DNA of 64,000 nt, taken from the IMG/VR virus record IMGVR_UViG_3300045988_114753, one strand, 5' to 3'. The notes below the pieces were generated by a model that made no database searches, was not told the DNA's origin, and worked only from the letters and a program-made list of their open reading frames with translations. The DNA is from a virus. Made by a program: the position numbers and the translations under genes. Each line of letters starts with the position of its first letter. Positions within the stretch are counted from its first letter, which is position 1. Below are positions 1-10,073 of this stretch, one piece after another.

Positions 1-1908
1 AAAATTGATGAGGCGAAAGCCAAATATGATGGTCAGGCTATCCAAGAAATAGTGCAACACTTTGGCTTGGCTGACACTTATAATGAGAGAGAAAAAAGTT
101 GCTCTTGTCCTTGGCATAGGGATAAAACTCCATCGTTTATTTGGAACGAAAAGACAAACTGTTTTCATTGTTTCTCTTGTGGTCGTAACTACGGCATCAT
201 AGATTTATATTTAGAGCAAGGTATGACTTACCTAGAAGCAGTTGAAAAGTTGTTTAAACAAGTAGATATGGAATATAACTTTAATCAAAGAGGGGCTCAA
301 ACGTCCCCCTCTTACCAATATCCCAAAAGAGAGACCTATGATAGAACGCGAATACTTGAATACCTAAGTGTAAGAAAGATTAGTAAAGCGACGGCTGATT
401 ATTGTGATATTCAATGTGGAGAGAAAGATAGTATCGCTTTCCCATATTATGATAGCAACGATGTACTTATGACTATGAAGTATCACGTTGGTCACAAATT
501 TAATAAAGCCACAGACCATTCAAAATGTTGGTCTCAAGTGGGTGCATCGTTTTCACCCCTACTATTTAATATGAATAGAGTTGACCCATCTAAACCATTA
601 GTTATAACAGAAGGCGAACTTGATACTTTATCTGTCATTGAGTCTGGTTATAACAACGTTGTATCTATTCCAAATGGTTGTAGCAATACACAATGGGTAG
701 CATATAACTGGGATTGGTTAGAACAATTTGATAAAATTATATTATGGTTTGATAGTGATGAACCAGGTGTAAAAGCAAGAAACGATGTTATTTATCGTTT
801 AGGGACTTGGAGGACATATTATATCGAAATAAGTCCTGAAGATGTGGCAACGAATGGTGCGGTTCTTAAGGATGCTAATGAAGTATTATTCTTTAAAGGT
901 AAAGAAAGAGTGTTACAATACATTAACAAACCTTTAGAAATACCAGTTGAGAATGTATCAGATTTATCAAAGGCAGAAGACTTTGATATAGAACACGCCG
1001 AGGGGCTTTATACAGGCATTAAAGAACTGGATGACCAAATATATAAACTAACTTTTGGCACTTTAAATATCATTACTGGTAAAAGTGGTGAAGGTAAGTC
1101 GGTGTTTGTAAATCAGGTAGCAATTTGTCAAGCTGTTCAACAAGGTTATGATGTATTTGTGTTTAGTGGCGAATTACCAGCACCTATTTTGAGAAATTGG
1201 GTTGAAACTAATATGATAGGTAGAGAATACATTACAATGAAAGATGGGCACGTTCGTGTGTTTAATCCAGAACAACGAAAGTTAATGCAGAATTGGTATG
1301 CTGGTAAAGTATTAGTTTATGATGACGATTATAATACTACTGCAACAGCACTCCTTAATAAAATGGAGGAGTTAGCTCGTAAATGTGGGACAAAAGTATT
1401 TCTAATTGATAACCTAATGATGATTGATTTAGAGTGTAATGAAGAAGGTCGTCTTCAAGCAGAAAAAGAATTTGTTAATAAACTAATCTTTTTTGCTAAG
1501 AAATATAATGTTTTAGTATTCTTAGTAGCACATCCTCGTAAAACAGGAGAAATAAGAGTTACTAAGGAAGATATTGCTGGTAGTGGTAATATTGTAAATC
1601 TAGCACATATGGTATTTAGCATTCACAGATATACCGCTAAAGAAAAAGAGGGCGAAACAAACACTAGAAATCAATATATAAAGGGTAAAGAGCCAATACC
1701 TGAAGACTCGTGTGTTGAGGTATTAAAAAATCGTATAACTGGCATATTGCCTTTAGTAAAACTGTACTTTGATTATCCTAGTTATCGTTTTTATAAAAAA
1801 CCTTCTGAACTTTGGTTTAGGTATGGTTGGAATAAAGATACTAGCCCAATAAGAACGGATGACCCAAATCCACATAATGTTGTAGCAGAGGAGGTTTCAC
1901 CGCTTTGA
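1..1908 (+). CDS. Bifunctional DNA primase-helicase (T7 gp4-like); 5' end probably outside window
   Basis: Reading frame is open from nt 1. CHC2 zinc finger CPWHRDKTPSF, Toprim ITEGELD and DSDEPG, RecA/DnaB-type P-loop GKSGEGKS. Confidence 0.85.
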   Translation, partial: KIDEAKAKYDGQAIQEIVQHFGLADTYNEREKSCSCPWHRDKTPSFIWNEKTNCFHCFSCGRNYGIIDLYLEQGMTYLEAVEKLFKQVDMEYNFNQRGAQTSPSYQYPKRETYDRTRILEYLSVRKISKATADYCDIQCGEKDSIAFPYYDSNDVLMTMKYHVGHKFNKATDHSKCWSQVGASFSPLLFNMNRVDPSKPLVITEGELDTLSVIESGYNNVVSIPNGCSNTQWVAYNWDWLEQFDKIILWFDSDEPGVKARNDVIYRLGTWRTYYIEISPEDVATNGAVLKDANEVLFFKGKERVLQYINKPLEIPVENVSDLSKAEDFDIEHAEGLYTGIKELDDQIYKLTFGTLNIITGKSGEGKSVFVNQVAICQAVQQGYDVFVFSGELPAPILRNWVETNMIGREYITMKDGHVRVFNPEQRKLMQNWYAGKVLVYDDDYNTTATALLNKMEELARKCGTKVFLIDNLMMIDLECNEEGRLQAEKEFVNKLIFFAKKYNVLVFLVAHPRKTGEIRVTKEDIAGSGNIVNLAHMVFSIHRYTAKEKEGETNTRNQYIKGKEPIPEDSCVEVLKNRITGILPLVKLYFDYPSYRFYKKPSELWFRYGWNKDTSPIRTDDPNPHNVVAEEVSPL

Positions 1909-2765
1909 TGATATTTACAAAAAATAAAGAAGAAGAGGCTTTGGTACAAAGTTTCAAAGACAAACTTCAAGTATTTAATAAATTTCATTTTGAAGAGGAA
2001 CCTCATATATATTGGTGGCTCGATGAAAATGGTAACAGACGTCAAGCACAAACGTCAATGACGGCACTCATCCACTCTCACTCTCAGCCATTTGATGCGG
2101 AAAGGATTGCCCCATTTACAGCTAAGAAATTGCATATGCCCGTACAGGATGTACTGGATATGTGGAAGTTAGAAAATGACTTGGCAAAAGTAAAGGGCAC
2201 TCATATTCACGCATTTAACGAATATATGTGGTCTAATAGGGAATATACTTATCCTAAAGATAAAGTTATAGAACAGTTTGGTTTTGATATTTTGGAGCCA
2301 TTATGGCCAAGACTAACAAAAATCGCCACCGATTTCTACAATAGATATAAAGACAGAATTGTACCTATTGGTTTAGAGTTAGTAGTCGGTGACGAAGAAC
2401 TAGAGATATGTGGAAGTATAGATTTCCTATGTTATTCTAGGAAATTAAAATCTCTAGTAATAATCGATTATAAATCAAATAAGGAAATTAAGTTCAAACC
2501 ATATAAGGGGCAGAAGATGACAGGATGTCTGTCACATTTAGATGATTGTAATTATATTCATTATAGTCTTCAATTAAACGGCTATCAATACATCCTGGAA
2601 AAGAAAACTGGTTTAAAGTTGCGTAATGAGCACTTCTTAATATGGATGAATGAAAATAATGATACTTATGAGATTTATAAAACCAAAGACTTGTACGAAG
2701 AAGCAAAAACTATGTTGCTAGAATGCAAAGTTGACAAATCTTTAGATGACGAGTGCCCTTTTTAA
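1905..2765 (+). CDS. PD-(D/E)XK-family nuclease (RecB/Cas4-like exonuclease)
   Basis: GSIDFLC ... IIDYKSNK matches a D...(D/E)xK core. ATGA overlap with the primase-helicase stop. Confidence 0.55.
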   Translation: MMIFTKNKEEEALVQSFKDKLQVFNKFHFEEEPHIYWWLDENGNRRQAQTSMTALIHSHSQPFDAERIAPFTAKKLHMPVQDVLDMWKLENDLAKVKGTHIHAFNEYMWSNREYTYPKDKVIEQFGFDILEPLWPRLTKIATDFYNRYKDRIVPIGLELVVGDEELEICGSIDFLCYSRKLKSLVIIDYKSNKEIKFKPYKGQKMTGCLSHLDDCNYIHYSLQLNGYQYILEKKTGLKLRNEHFLIWMNENNDTYEIYKTKDLYEEAKTMLLECKVDKSLDDECPF

Positions 2766-2835
2766 AGGGTACAGTCAAAGATTATATAACTTTTTTGCTA
2801 ATTTGTCAAGATAGACGTAAAAAAGGAGAAAAAAT

Positions 2836-3036
2836 ATGTTTGAAAATACTATTGCGTATAAACGCATAATGAAAAGAAAACTTCTTGCTGAAGCAGTTGA
2901 AAAGGCTAAAGAAGAAGGTATAGATTGGAAGATAAGACAATCAGAGGGCAAGCTCGCTTGTTTTGATAGAAAGTATTATCCTAAGGTATTATGGGATAGT
3001 GCTAAAGGGACTTATCATAAACCTAAGGAGGCTTAA
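2836..3036 (+). CDS. hypothetical protein
   Basis: AAAGGAGAA RBS upstream of ATG; co-directional tiling. Confidence 0.6.
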   Translation: MFENTIAYKRIMKRKLLAEAVEKAKEEGIDWKIRQSEGKLACFDRKYYPKVLWDSAKGTYHKPKEA

Positions 3037-3038
3037 AG

Positions 3039-3266
3039 ATGGGAATGACACAAAAAGATAGGATTTTAAGACATTTAAAAGACTATGGTCATATTACATC
3101 TTGGGAAAGCTTCAGTGAATATGGTATCACTAGACTTAGTGCTATCATATATAATTTAAAACATATCGATGGTTATTCATTTGACGAAGAGTGGCAAACT
3201 CGTATTAATCGTTATGGTGAAAAGACATCTTTTAAAAAATATATATTGAAAATAAGGGAGGCTTAA
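3039..3266 (+). CDS. hypothetical small winged-helix-like protein
   Basis: AAGGAGG RBS. The pattern DRILRHLKDYGHITSWES looks like a wHTH recognition region. Confidence 0.5.
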   Translation: MGMTQKDRILRHLKDYGHITSWESFSEYGITRLSAIIYNLKHIDGYSFDEEWQTRINRYGEKTSFKKYILKIREA

Positions 3267-3270
3267 ATAT

Positions 3271-3831
3271 ATGGATATTAATGAATTAAGTGGTTGGGGA
3301 ATATCTCAACAAATTGCTCAGATAGTAGAAAACGGTTTTACTTTTGATGAAGAAACTGGAGAAGTGTTTTTTACAACTGATGACCTAGATGCTTTAAATG
3401 AAGCATTAGATAATAAATTAGAGTCATTGGCTGGTATATATCAAATGTATGAGTCAAAGGCTGACGCTCTTAAAGCTCGTAGCAAAGAAATTGCTGATAG
3501 AGCAAAATCTTTTGAAAATAAGGCTGATAAACTAAAAAACTATATCGATAGTTTAATGAAGGCTAATCAAAAGGACAAATTAGAGGTTGGAGATAAGAAA
3601 TTATCATATAGAAAAAGTTCGGCTGGTAATGTAGTTGATGACTCTGAATTAAGGAAGTATATCAATTCTAAGGACGAATACAAACAAAGATATTTCACAT
3701 ATGAAGAGCCTAAAATCTCTAAGAAAAATCTTAAAGATGATGTATTGGCTTCAAAACAAGCAGACGGCAGCTATTCTTTAGTAATTCCTGGATTTGAAAT
3801 AGTTGAAAATAAGAATTTATTGATAAAGTAG
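3271..3831 (+). CDS. Gp157-like phage protein (coiled-coil)
   Basis: N-terminal ...FDEETGEVFFTTDDLDALNE...LESLAGIY...K..A..LKARSKEI resembles the Siphovirus Gp157 family pattern. Judged by eye only. Confidence 0.4.
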   Translation: MDINELSGWGISQQIAQIVENGFTFDEETGEVFFTTDDLDALNEALDNKLESLAGIYQMYESKADALKARSKEIADRAKSFENKADKLKNYIDSLMKANQKDKLEVGDKKLSYRKSSAGNVVDDSELRKYINSKDEYKQRYFTYEEPKISKKNLKDDVLASKQADGSYSLVIPGFEIVENKNLLIK

Positions 3832-3838
3832 GTGTATT

Positions 3839-4042
3839 ATGGAAAATAATATATCAAAAGACTTTAGAGTTTCTATATTTACGACTATAGAAGAAGCTGA
3901 TATAATTCTAAATGCGTTAGCAGAAAAGGCTTTAAGAATAGAAGATTTGAGGCAATACATTTATGATAGCGTAAATGAACAAGTTAAAATGGTCAATCCT
4001 CCCAAAGAGGAAGAAAAGGTTAAAAAAAGGAAGGAAAAATAA
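3839..4042 (+). CDS. hypothetical protein
   Basis: Track ORF, co-directional tiling. Confidence 0.55.
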   Translation: MENNISKDFRVSIFTTIEEADIILNALAEKALRIEDLRQYIYDSVNEQVKMVNPPKEEEKVKKRKEK

Positions 4043-4045
4043 GTA

Positions 4046-4279
4046 ATGGAAAATATTAAATTAGTATGTAAAGATTGTAAGAAAGAATTTGATTTTACAG
4101 TAGGAGAACAAAGATTTTATGAAGAAAAGGGGTTTGCTGCTCCAATTCGTTGTAAAGAATGTAGAGATGCTAAAAAGGCTCGTAATCTTGAAAGAGAACA
4201 AGCTAATAGCAACACAGAAGAAACTTTTGAAGATATGTTAAAAAGATTTCAAGCTAATACTGTAAAAATTGAAAAATAA
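4046..4279 (+). CDS. zinc-ribbon protein
   Basis: CKDCKKEF...EQRFYEEKGF..PIRCKECR, a CxxC...CxxC ribbon. Confidence 0.6.
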   Translation: MENIKLVCKDCKKEFDFTVGEQRFYEEKGFAAPIRCKECRDAKKARNLEREQANSNTEETFEDMLKRFQANTVKIEK

Positions 4280-4292
4280 TAGGAGAGATAAT

Positions 4293-4643
4293 ATGGACAC
4301 TAAAGAATTTAAAGGTGTCATTGAGGACATCGTGGAAACAAGGATGACCAAAAAAGGTATAACTAAATATGTATCTGCTATTGTAAAGAAAGTCAATAGT
4401 GATGGTAGTGTAAATGTATATTTACCTCCAGATACAGAAAAAGTAATTTCTAATGTACTTAATAAGACGGGAGAAAGCCTTACTGTAGGTGACTCTGTTG
4501 AGTTATGTACAAAAAACGGAAAAACAAGCAATGCTTGGGTTTCGGTTAAACACGGCACGAATTTTAGTGTCGATAAAAAGATTGCTGATTTAAAACTTGG
4601 CAATGTCTCACAACTTAATTATACAGTTGTAGATGAATGGTAA
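4293..4643 (+). CDS. hypothetical protein
   Basis: ATG at 4293 is preceded by an AGGAGAG RBS. The track start at 4269 lacks an RBS. Confidence 0.55.
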   Translation: MDTKEFKGVIEDIVETRMTKKGITKYVSAIVKKVNSDGSVNVYLPPDTEKVISNVLNKTGESLTVGDSVELCTKNGKTSNAWVSVKHGTNFSVDKKIADLKLGNVSQLNYTVVDEW

Positions 4644-4825
4644 AAGGAGGAAATATTATGTTTAGAAAAATGTTCATAGGGGGGGGGCATCTAGGATTTA
4701 ATTCTAGTGTCCATTCTCCTATAAAAAACTTAGTTGAGGGGGGGGGCAGCTACAACTTATAGTTGTCGCTCTTACTCAACAAATAAACCTTCTGCAAAGG
4801 AGGTTAAATGTTAGAGGTGGTTTAA

Positions 4826-5236
4826 TTGGCTAAATCAATTAAACTAAAAGACAATACCTATTGGGACAGTAAAGGAGTCATTTATAAGGGTGCTGATTTA
4901 GAAACAACTATCGATACTATAAAAAGTAGTATCCCTATTAAAATAAGCCAACTATCTAATGATAGTGGTTATGTAACATTAAATCATTTACCTATGGCAT
5001 ACAGTTTCAACGCTAGCTCGTCGGGGAGTGCTGGTGTAGATGAGTTTAAAAATTATATTATCAATAGTGCCCCTGTGGGCTTTAGTTGGTGGTATGTAAA
5101 TATAGGAGGGTCTGTTAGTTGTGCTTTAGTACAAAAAGCAAACAGTAACTATTTAAGTTTTTTACATTTCTCTTATGGAATAACTCTCACTCAATATAGG
5201 TACTTGGCTGGGACTTGGTACAGTACTAGCTTTTAA
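4826..5236 (+). CDS. Cassette paralog A (conserved N-terminus AKSIKLKDNTYWDS, unique C-terminus)
   Basis: TTG start with GAGGTGG RBS. The first ~30 aa are shared with the ORFs at 5268, 5959 and 6349. Confidence 0.6.
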   Translation: MAKSIKLKDNTYWDSKGVIYKGADLETTIDTIKSSIPIKISQLSNDSGYVTLNHLPMAYSFNASSSGSAGVDEFKNYIINSAPVGFSWWYVNIGGSVSCALVQKANSNYLSFLHFSYGITLTQYRYLAGTWYSTSF

Positions 5237-5267
5237 TCATTAAAATAAAACTCTAACAAAATTAAAT

Positions 5268-5822
5268 ATGAGTAAAAGTATAAAATTAAACAATGATACA
5301 TTTTGGGATAGTTCTGCTGTGTCACATAATAAAAAGCCATTAAACGATATTTTAAATAATATTGTTTGTGATTATACTTTACCTGAAAACAAAAGTTATA
5401 TGAGCGTTTCTGTGACGTTAGAGCCAAATGCTGTATATCGTTTTGAATTAGGTATTGTATTTATTGGTGCTGAAAGAAATGTGTTTTTAGTGCCTAATGG
5501 TTTATGGGACAGTAATAGTTGTAGTTATTCTTTTATAACTATTCAATCAAGCGAGATTTATAAAGAGCAGCAAACTAGTGCTAGTAGAATAGGATTAGGA
5601 TTGGCAAATTCTTCTAACGATTATTGGAGTGTCTTTACTGGGACTATTGATACATCGTATGGAAGGTTTAATATATTTAGTCAATCTAATAGTATTAATG
5701 GTTCAAGTGTTGGTGGAGGAAGATATAATGGCGATATAAATATCGTGTCATTAACCTTTATATCAGCCGATTGGAAAGATATATTAGCAGGGGCTAAATT
5801 CAAAATGTGGAAAGTTGGTTAA
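5268..5822 (+). CDS. Cassette paralog B (SKSIKLNNDTFWDS N-terminus)
   Basis: ATG 31 nt after the paralog A stop; no obvious SD; shared N-terminal module. Confidence 0.6.
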   Translation: MSKSIKLNNDTFWDSSAVSHNKKPLNDILNNIVCDYTLPENKSYMSVSVTLEPNAVYRFELGIVFIGAERNVFLVPNGLWDSNSCSYSFITIQSSEIYKEQQTSASRIGLGLANSSNDYWSVFTGTIDTSYGRFNIFSQSNSINGSSVGGGRYNGDINIVSLTFISADWKDILAGAKFKMWKVG

Positions 5823-5958
5823 TAGCAAACTATAAGTAGCGATACTTATGAATAAACAAAATAAATTTGTATATGTAGGGGGGGGCAACCAAGTAGTTGT
5901 GACAACTCCCATAATGAGTATATCTCCGAAAGGAGGTATGTGTTAGGTGGTGATTTAG

Positions 5959-6324
5959 TTGAGTAAGTCAATTAAATTGACCAATAATACTTATATAGAC
6001 TCTTCAGGTATTACTCACAATCAAAACAAACTTAGTGACGTATTAACTGATTTTGTTAAAGAAGTAGACGTTATGCTTGACAGAATTACATCTTATTCTG
6101 TAGGCACATATTACAGAGGAGTTAAGGATTTGTCGGGTTATATTCCAAAAGGATATAAAATTGTTTCAATAATTCCTACTTATCAATCATATGGAGATAG
6201 AAATTTTTTACAATATAATTTATATTATCAAAATAATTTGTTATATTGGCAAATGCTAGCTCAATATAATGGCGGCAACGCATTGATTATTGAAATCAGG
6301 TTATATCTAGTAAAAGATATATAA
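5959..6324 (+). CDS. Cassette paralog C (SKSIKLTNNTYIDSSG N-terminus)
   Basis: TTG start with GGTGGTGA RBS, behind the third G-run/hairpin leader. Confidence 0.6.
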   Translation: MSKSIKLTNNTYIDSSGITHNQNKLSDVLTDFVKEVDVMLDRITSYSVGTYYRGVKDLSGYIPKGYKIVSIIPTYQSYGDRNFLQYNLYYQNNLLYWQMLAQYNGGNALIIEIRLYLVKDI

Positions 6325-6348
6325 GTATTGTATAACACGAAATTCGAT

Positions 6349-6813
6349 ATGAGTAAATCAATTAAATTAAAAGATAATACATTCATCGACAGTTCTGGTG
6401 TTTCTCATAACAGAGTAACACTAAAAGCATATTTGCAATCATTGTTAGATGATGTAATACATATGAATTATAAAGATAATACTGAAATAGCAACTAATGA
6501 ATATAAAAACGGTAAAAGGGTATATGCAAAGAAATTAGTATTTACTACTACATTATCTGGGTCAGAAACGACGACCATTATTGCACACGGTATTACTGGT
6601 ATGACAGATATTTGGATAGATATGGGCAATTCCTATCTTAAATCTGTTGGTGCAACTATGGTTAGATGCCCTTTGCCTGTTTTAGGTTATTACGGAAACT
6701 TTAGTGATAGACTATATGTAATGTGTGATAATACTAACTTATATTTTTATCACGATACTGGGTGGGGAACTGCTTGGGAAAAGATTATCTTAGTTAAATA
6801 TACAAAAGATTAA
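6349..6813 (+). CDS. Cassette paralog D (SKSIKLKDNTFIDSSG N-terminus; C-terminus vaguely receptor-binding-protein-like)
   Basis: ATG at 6349, 24 nt after the paralog C stop; no SD. The TNEYKNGKRVYAKK segment is reminiscent of tail-fibre head domains (weak). Confidence 0.55.
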   Translation: MSKSIKLKDNTFIDSSGVSHNRVTLKAYLQSLLDDVIHMNYKDNTEIATNEYKNGKRVYAKKLVFTTTLSGSETTTIIAHGITGMTDIWIDMGNSYLKSVGATMVRCPLPVLGYYGNFSDRLYVMCDNTNLYFYHDTGWGTAWEKIILVKYTKD

Positions 6814-6830
6814 AAAGTCAGGAATTTATC

Positions 6831-6859
6831 TTGACTTTTTTCTTCGTCTATGTTATCAT
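6831..6859 (+). promoter_or_regulatory. sigma-A-like promoter for the polymerase gene
   Basis: TTGACT (6831-6836), 17-nt spacer, TGtTATCAT extended -10 (6854-6859). Confidence 0.5.
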
Positions 6860-6887
6860 TTATATGAAGATAGAGGGAGGCATAAAG

Positions 6888-9800
6888 ATGAATGAAGAAA
6901 AATCTAATTACGTCGTATATCATCTACATAGTGACTTTAGTCTTTTAGATAGCACAACGAAATTTGAAGATTATGTCATAATGGCTTCTAGTTTAGGACA
7001 AAAGGCAATATGTTTCACTGAGCACGGAAATATTATGCACTGGGTTGCTAAGAAGATGGCGTGTGATAAAGCTGGAATAAAATATCTTCACGGATGTGAG
7101 GTGTATTTAACAGCACAATTGGAGCCAAAGGTTCGTGACAATTATCATACGATTTTGATTGCAAAAAATATGGATGGATTAAGAGAACTAAATCAGCTAG
7201 TTAGTACATCCAATACTAGTAGTCACTTTTACTTTAAACCTAGAATATCATTCGATGAGTTCTTGAATATAAGTGATAATGTGATTAAAATATCGGCTTG
7301 TTTAGCATCGCCATTGGCACGATTAGAAGATGAAATAACTAATTTAACAATGAAAGATGATATTACAGACGAGGAAAAGCAAAGATTAGATTACTTGAAA
7401 AATAGTTTCAATGATGTATTATTGAAATATGATTATTATGAAATTCAACCACACATTAACAGTAAAGAACAAAAAATATACAACAAGAGATTATTTGAGT
7501 GGGCTAAAAAGTATAACAAACCATTAATTGCTGGCACAGATACTCATAGTCTTAATCAATATAAAGCAGAATGTCGTTCAATATTACAACTAGCTAAAGG
7601 TATTGAATTTGCAAATGAAGACCAATTTGATTTGACATATAAGTCTTATGACGAATTGGTACATATGTTTGAAGAACAAGACGCACTGCCAAGAAGTGTT
7701 TATCTACAAGCTATTGAAAATACAAACGTTATGGCAGACTCTTGTGAAGAAATTGTATTAGACAAGGAGTTCAAATATCCTAAAGTCTATGATGATGATA
7801 TTGCAACCATAAAAAGCAGATTGTGGGAGATGCTTAAAGAAAAAGTTGCTAGTGGGGCTATTCCTCAGGAGCAAATGCAATTATTCATAGATAATATCAA
7901 AACTGAACTTGCTGTATTTGAAAAGATTAATATGTGTGGTTTTATGTTATTTATGTCTGACTTAGTTAATTGGTGTCATAGTCACAATATACCAACAGGT
8001 TTCGCACGTGGTTCTTGTGGAGGTTCTTGTGTAGCCTATGTTTTAGGTATTATTGATATTAATCCAATTAAATGGAAAACGGTGTTCTCTCGTTTCGCTA
8101 ATGAAGATAGAAAAGAAATAGGCGATATTGATGTTGACTTTGCACCTAATGACCGTGAGATGGTATATAATCATATGATTGAAGAGTTTGGTGAACAATA
8201 TACAGCCTATATATTAGCAATTGGTACCGTTTCAGATAAAGGTTGTATCGATGAAATCGGTAGAGCCTTACACAGAAAAACAGATAAAGATATGTATTCT
8301 TTAGAAAACTTAAAGAAGATTAAAAAGGAATACGAGTCAAATCCAGAACAAGCAAAAGAAAAATATAGTGAATTATTTTACTATTTTGATGGTTTATTAA
8401 ACACTAATATATCTCAATCTATGCACCCTTGTGGTATGGTTGTTAGTCCAATTACATTAGAAGACAATTATGGCACATTATATAAAGACGACAAAAAGAT
8501 ACTTCAAATTGATATGGAAGATGTACACGAAATATCACTAGTTAAGTATGATATTTTAGGACTAAAAAATGTTGGAATTATAAAGGATGCCTGTGAGTAT
8601 GCTAATATCCCTTATCCAAAATCTAATGAAATAAATTGGGATGACCAAAAAGTTTGGGATGATATGTTGAGATGTCCTCAAGGTATATTTCAATTTGAGG
8701 GAGCATACGCATTTCAAATGCTATGCGAATTTAAACCAAAAAGTATATTTGATATGTCATTAGTAACGGCGGCATTACGACCAGGTGGAGCATCATATCG
8801 TGACTCATTAATGAAAAAAGACATACATCATAATATATCACCAATGATAGATGATATGTTAAAAGACAACTATGGTTATCTGGTGTATCAGGAAGACGTC
8901 TTAAAATTTTTACAACAAATATGTGGTTTGAGTGGAAGTGCCGCAGATAATGTTCGTAGAGCCATCGCTAGAAAGCAAATGGATAGGCTAGAACAAGCGT
9001 TACCATCAATTCAAGACGGATATGTCGAGAAGTCAGGAAAACCTCGTGAAGAGGCTATAAATGAGTTACAGGAGTATATCCAAATATTAATTGACTCTAG
9101 TTCGTATATGTTTGGTTACAATCACTCAATAGCGTATTGTATGGTTGGTTATCTATGTGCGTATTTAAGATATTATCATACTCCATATTTTATAATGGCG
9201 TATCTAAACAATGCACAAAATGAAGATGATATTGTTGGTGGTTTTGAAATGGCAAAATTATATGGTTATCAAATATTGCCACCTCGTTTTAGACACTCAA
9301 CTAATAAATATATGTATGACGAGGAAAATCATCATATTTATAAAGGTGTTGCTAGTATAAAATATTTGAATGATGGTGCGGCAGAATATCTTTATTCATT
9401 GCGTCACAATCATTATGACAACTTTATTAGTTTGTTACAACAAATTGAAGAAGATAGACAAATTAATTCCAGACAAATGGAAATATTGATACAATTACAA
9501 TATTTTGATGAGTTTGGCAAAAATAAAAAGTTGCTTGATACTTATAAATATTTCAAGGCATTGTATGGAAGAAAGACATTAGTAAAAGAAAAGTTGACAG
9601 ACCAAGGATTAACAACAGAAGATATTATAGATTGCTATGAAAAAGAAACAGAAAAGCAGTATGTTAATATAGACTATATGAAGATATTGGCTAATGTCGA
9701 GAAAAGAATACCTGATGAAATAGTGCCTATTACAGAACAAGTATTATTTGAGGCTGACGTTGTGGGATATATTAGTATGGTTTATGATGTTGACAAACGT

Positions 9801-10058
9801 TATTGTTTAGTGACTGATGTTGATACTAAATATAGCCCTAGAGTAACATTATATTCATTAGGTTCTGGTAAAGAGGTTATTTGTAAAATAAACAAAGCAC
9901 TATTCAAGGAGGAACCATTCAAGAGAGGACAATTAATCAAGTGTGGCAGGTTCTTTGAGAAGTATAAGCAACGTAAAACCGAAAACGGTTGGGAACAAAC
10001 TAACGAAAAAGAATGGTGGTTAAATGATTACGAACTAATTGATAATTTAGAAATGTAA
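6888..10058 (+). CDS. dnaE: DNA polymerase III alpha subunit (PHP domain N-terminus)
   Basis: ATG 6888 after GAGGGAGG. PHP motif YHLHSDFSLLDS...FTEHGN; Pol IIIa core GFARGSCGGSCVAYVLGI and DIDVDF. Confidence 0.85.
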   Translation: MNEEKSNYVVYHLHSDFSLLDSTTKFEDYVIMASSLGQKAICFTEHGNIMHWVAKKMACDKAGIKYLHGCEVYLTAQLEPKVRDNYHTILIAKNMDGLRELNQLVSTSNTSSHFYFKPRISFDEFLNISDNVIKISACLASPLARLEDEITNLTMKDDITDEEKQRLDYLKNSFNDVLLKYDYYEIQPHINSKEQKIYNKRLFEWAKKYNKPLIAGTDTHSLNQYKAECRSILQLAKGIEFANEDQFDLTYKSYDELVHMFEEQDALPRSVYLQAIENTNVMADSCEEIVLDKEFKYPKVYDDDIATIKSRLWEMLKEKVASGAIPQEQMQLFIDNIKTELAVFEKINMCGFMLFMSDLVNWCHSHNIPTGFARGSCGGSCVAYVLGIIDINPIKWKTVFSRFANEDRKEIGDIDVDFAPNDREMVYNHMIEEFGEQYTAYILAIGTVSDKGCIDEIGRALHRKTDKDMYSLENLKKIKKEYESNPEQAKEKYSELFYYFDGLLNTNISQSMHPCGMVVSPITLEDNYGTLYKDDKKILQIDMEDVHEISLVKYDILGLKNVGIIKDACEYANIPYPKSNEINWDDQKVWDDMLRCPQGIFQFEGAYAFQMLCEFKPKSIFDMSLVTAALRPGGASYRDSLMKKDIHHNISPMIDDMLKDNYGYLVYQEDVLKFLQQICGLSGSAADNVRRAIARKQMDRLEQALPSIQDGYVEKSGKPREEAINELQEYIQILIDSSSYMFGYNHSIAYCMVGYLCAYLRYYHTPYFIMAYLNNAQNEDDIVGGFEMAKLYGYQILPPRFRHSTNKYMYDEENHHIYKGVASIKYLNDGAAEYLYSLRHNHYDNFISLLQQIEEDRQINSRQMEILIQLQYFDEFGKNKKLLDTYKYFKALYGRKTLVKEKLTDQGLTTEDIIDCYEKETEKQYVNIDYMKILANVEKRIPDEIVPITEQVLFEADVVGYISMVYDVDKRYCLVTDVDTKYSPRVTLYSLGSGKEVICKINKALFKEEPFKRGQLIKCGRFFEKYKQRKTENGWEQTNEKEWWLNDYELIDNLEM

Positions 10059-10073
10059 AAAAGGAGTAAAGAA

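Noticed and set aside
4658-4762. 34-codon ORF with a perfect SD that reads through the two upstream G9 tracts.
   Set aside because: It is kept only as a possibility. It is very short, its product is not conserved with anything visible, and its frame depends on the exact homopolymer length. It may be a leader peptide or may be incidental.
4679-5885. Poly-G runs as simple sequencing or assembly artefacts.
   Set aside because: This cannot be excluded for exact length. However, three independent occurrences share the same downstream CA-hairpin context, which argues that they are genuine sequence features.
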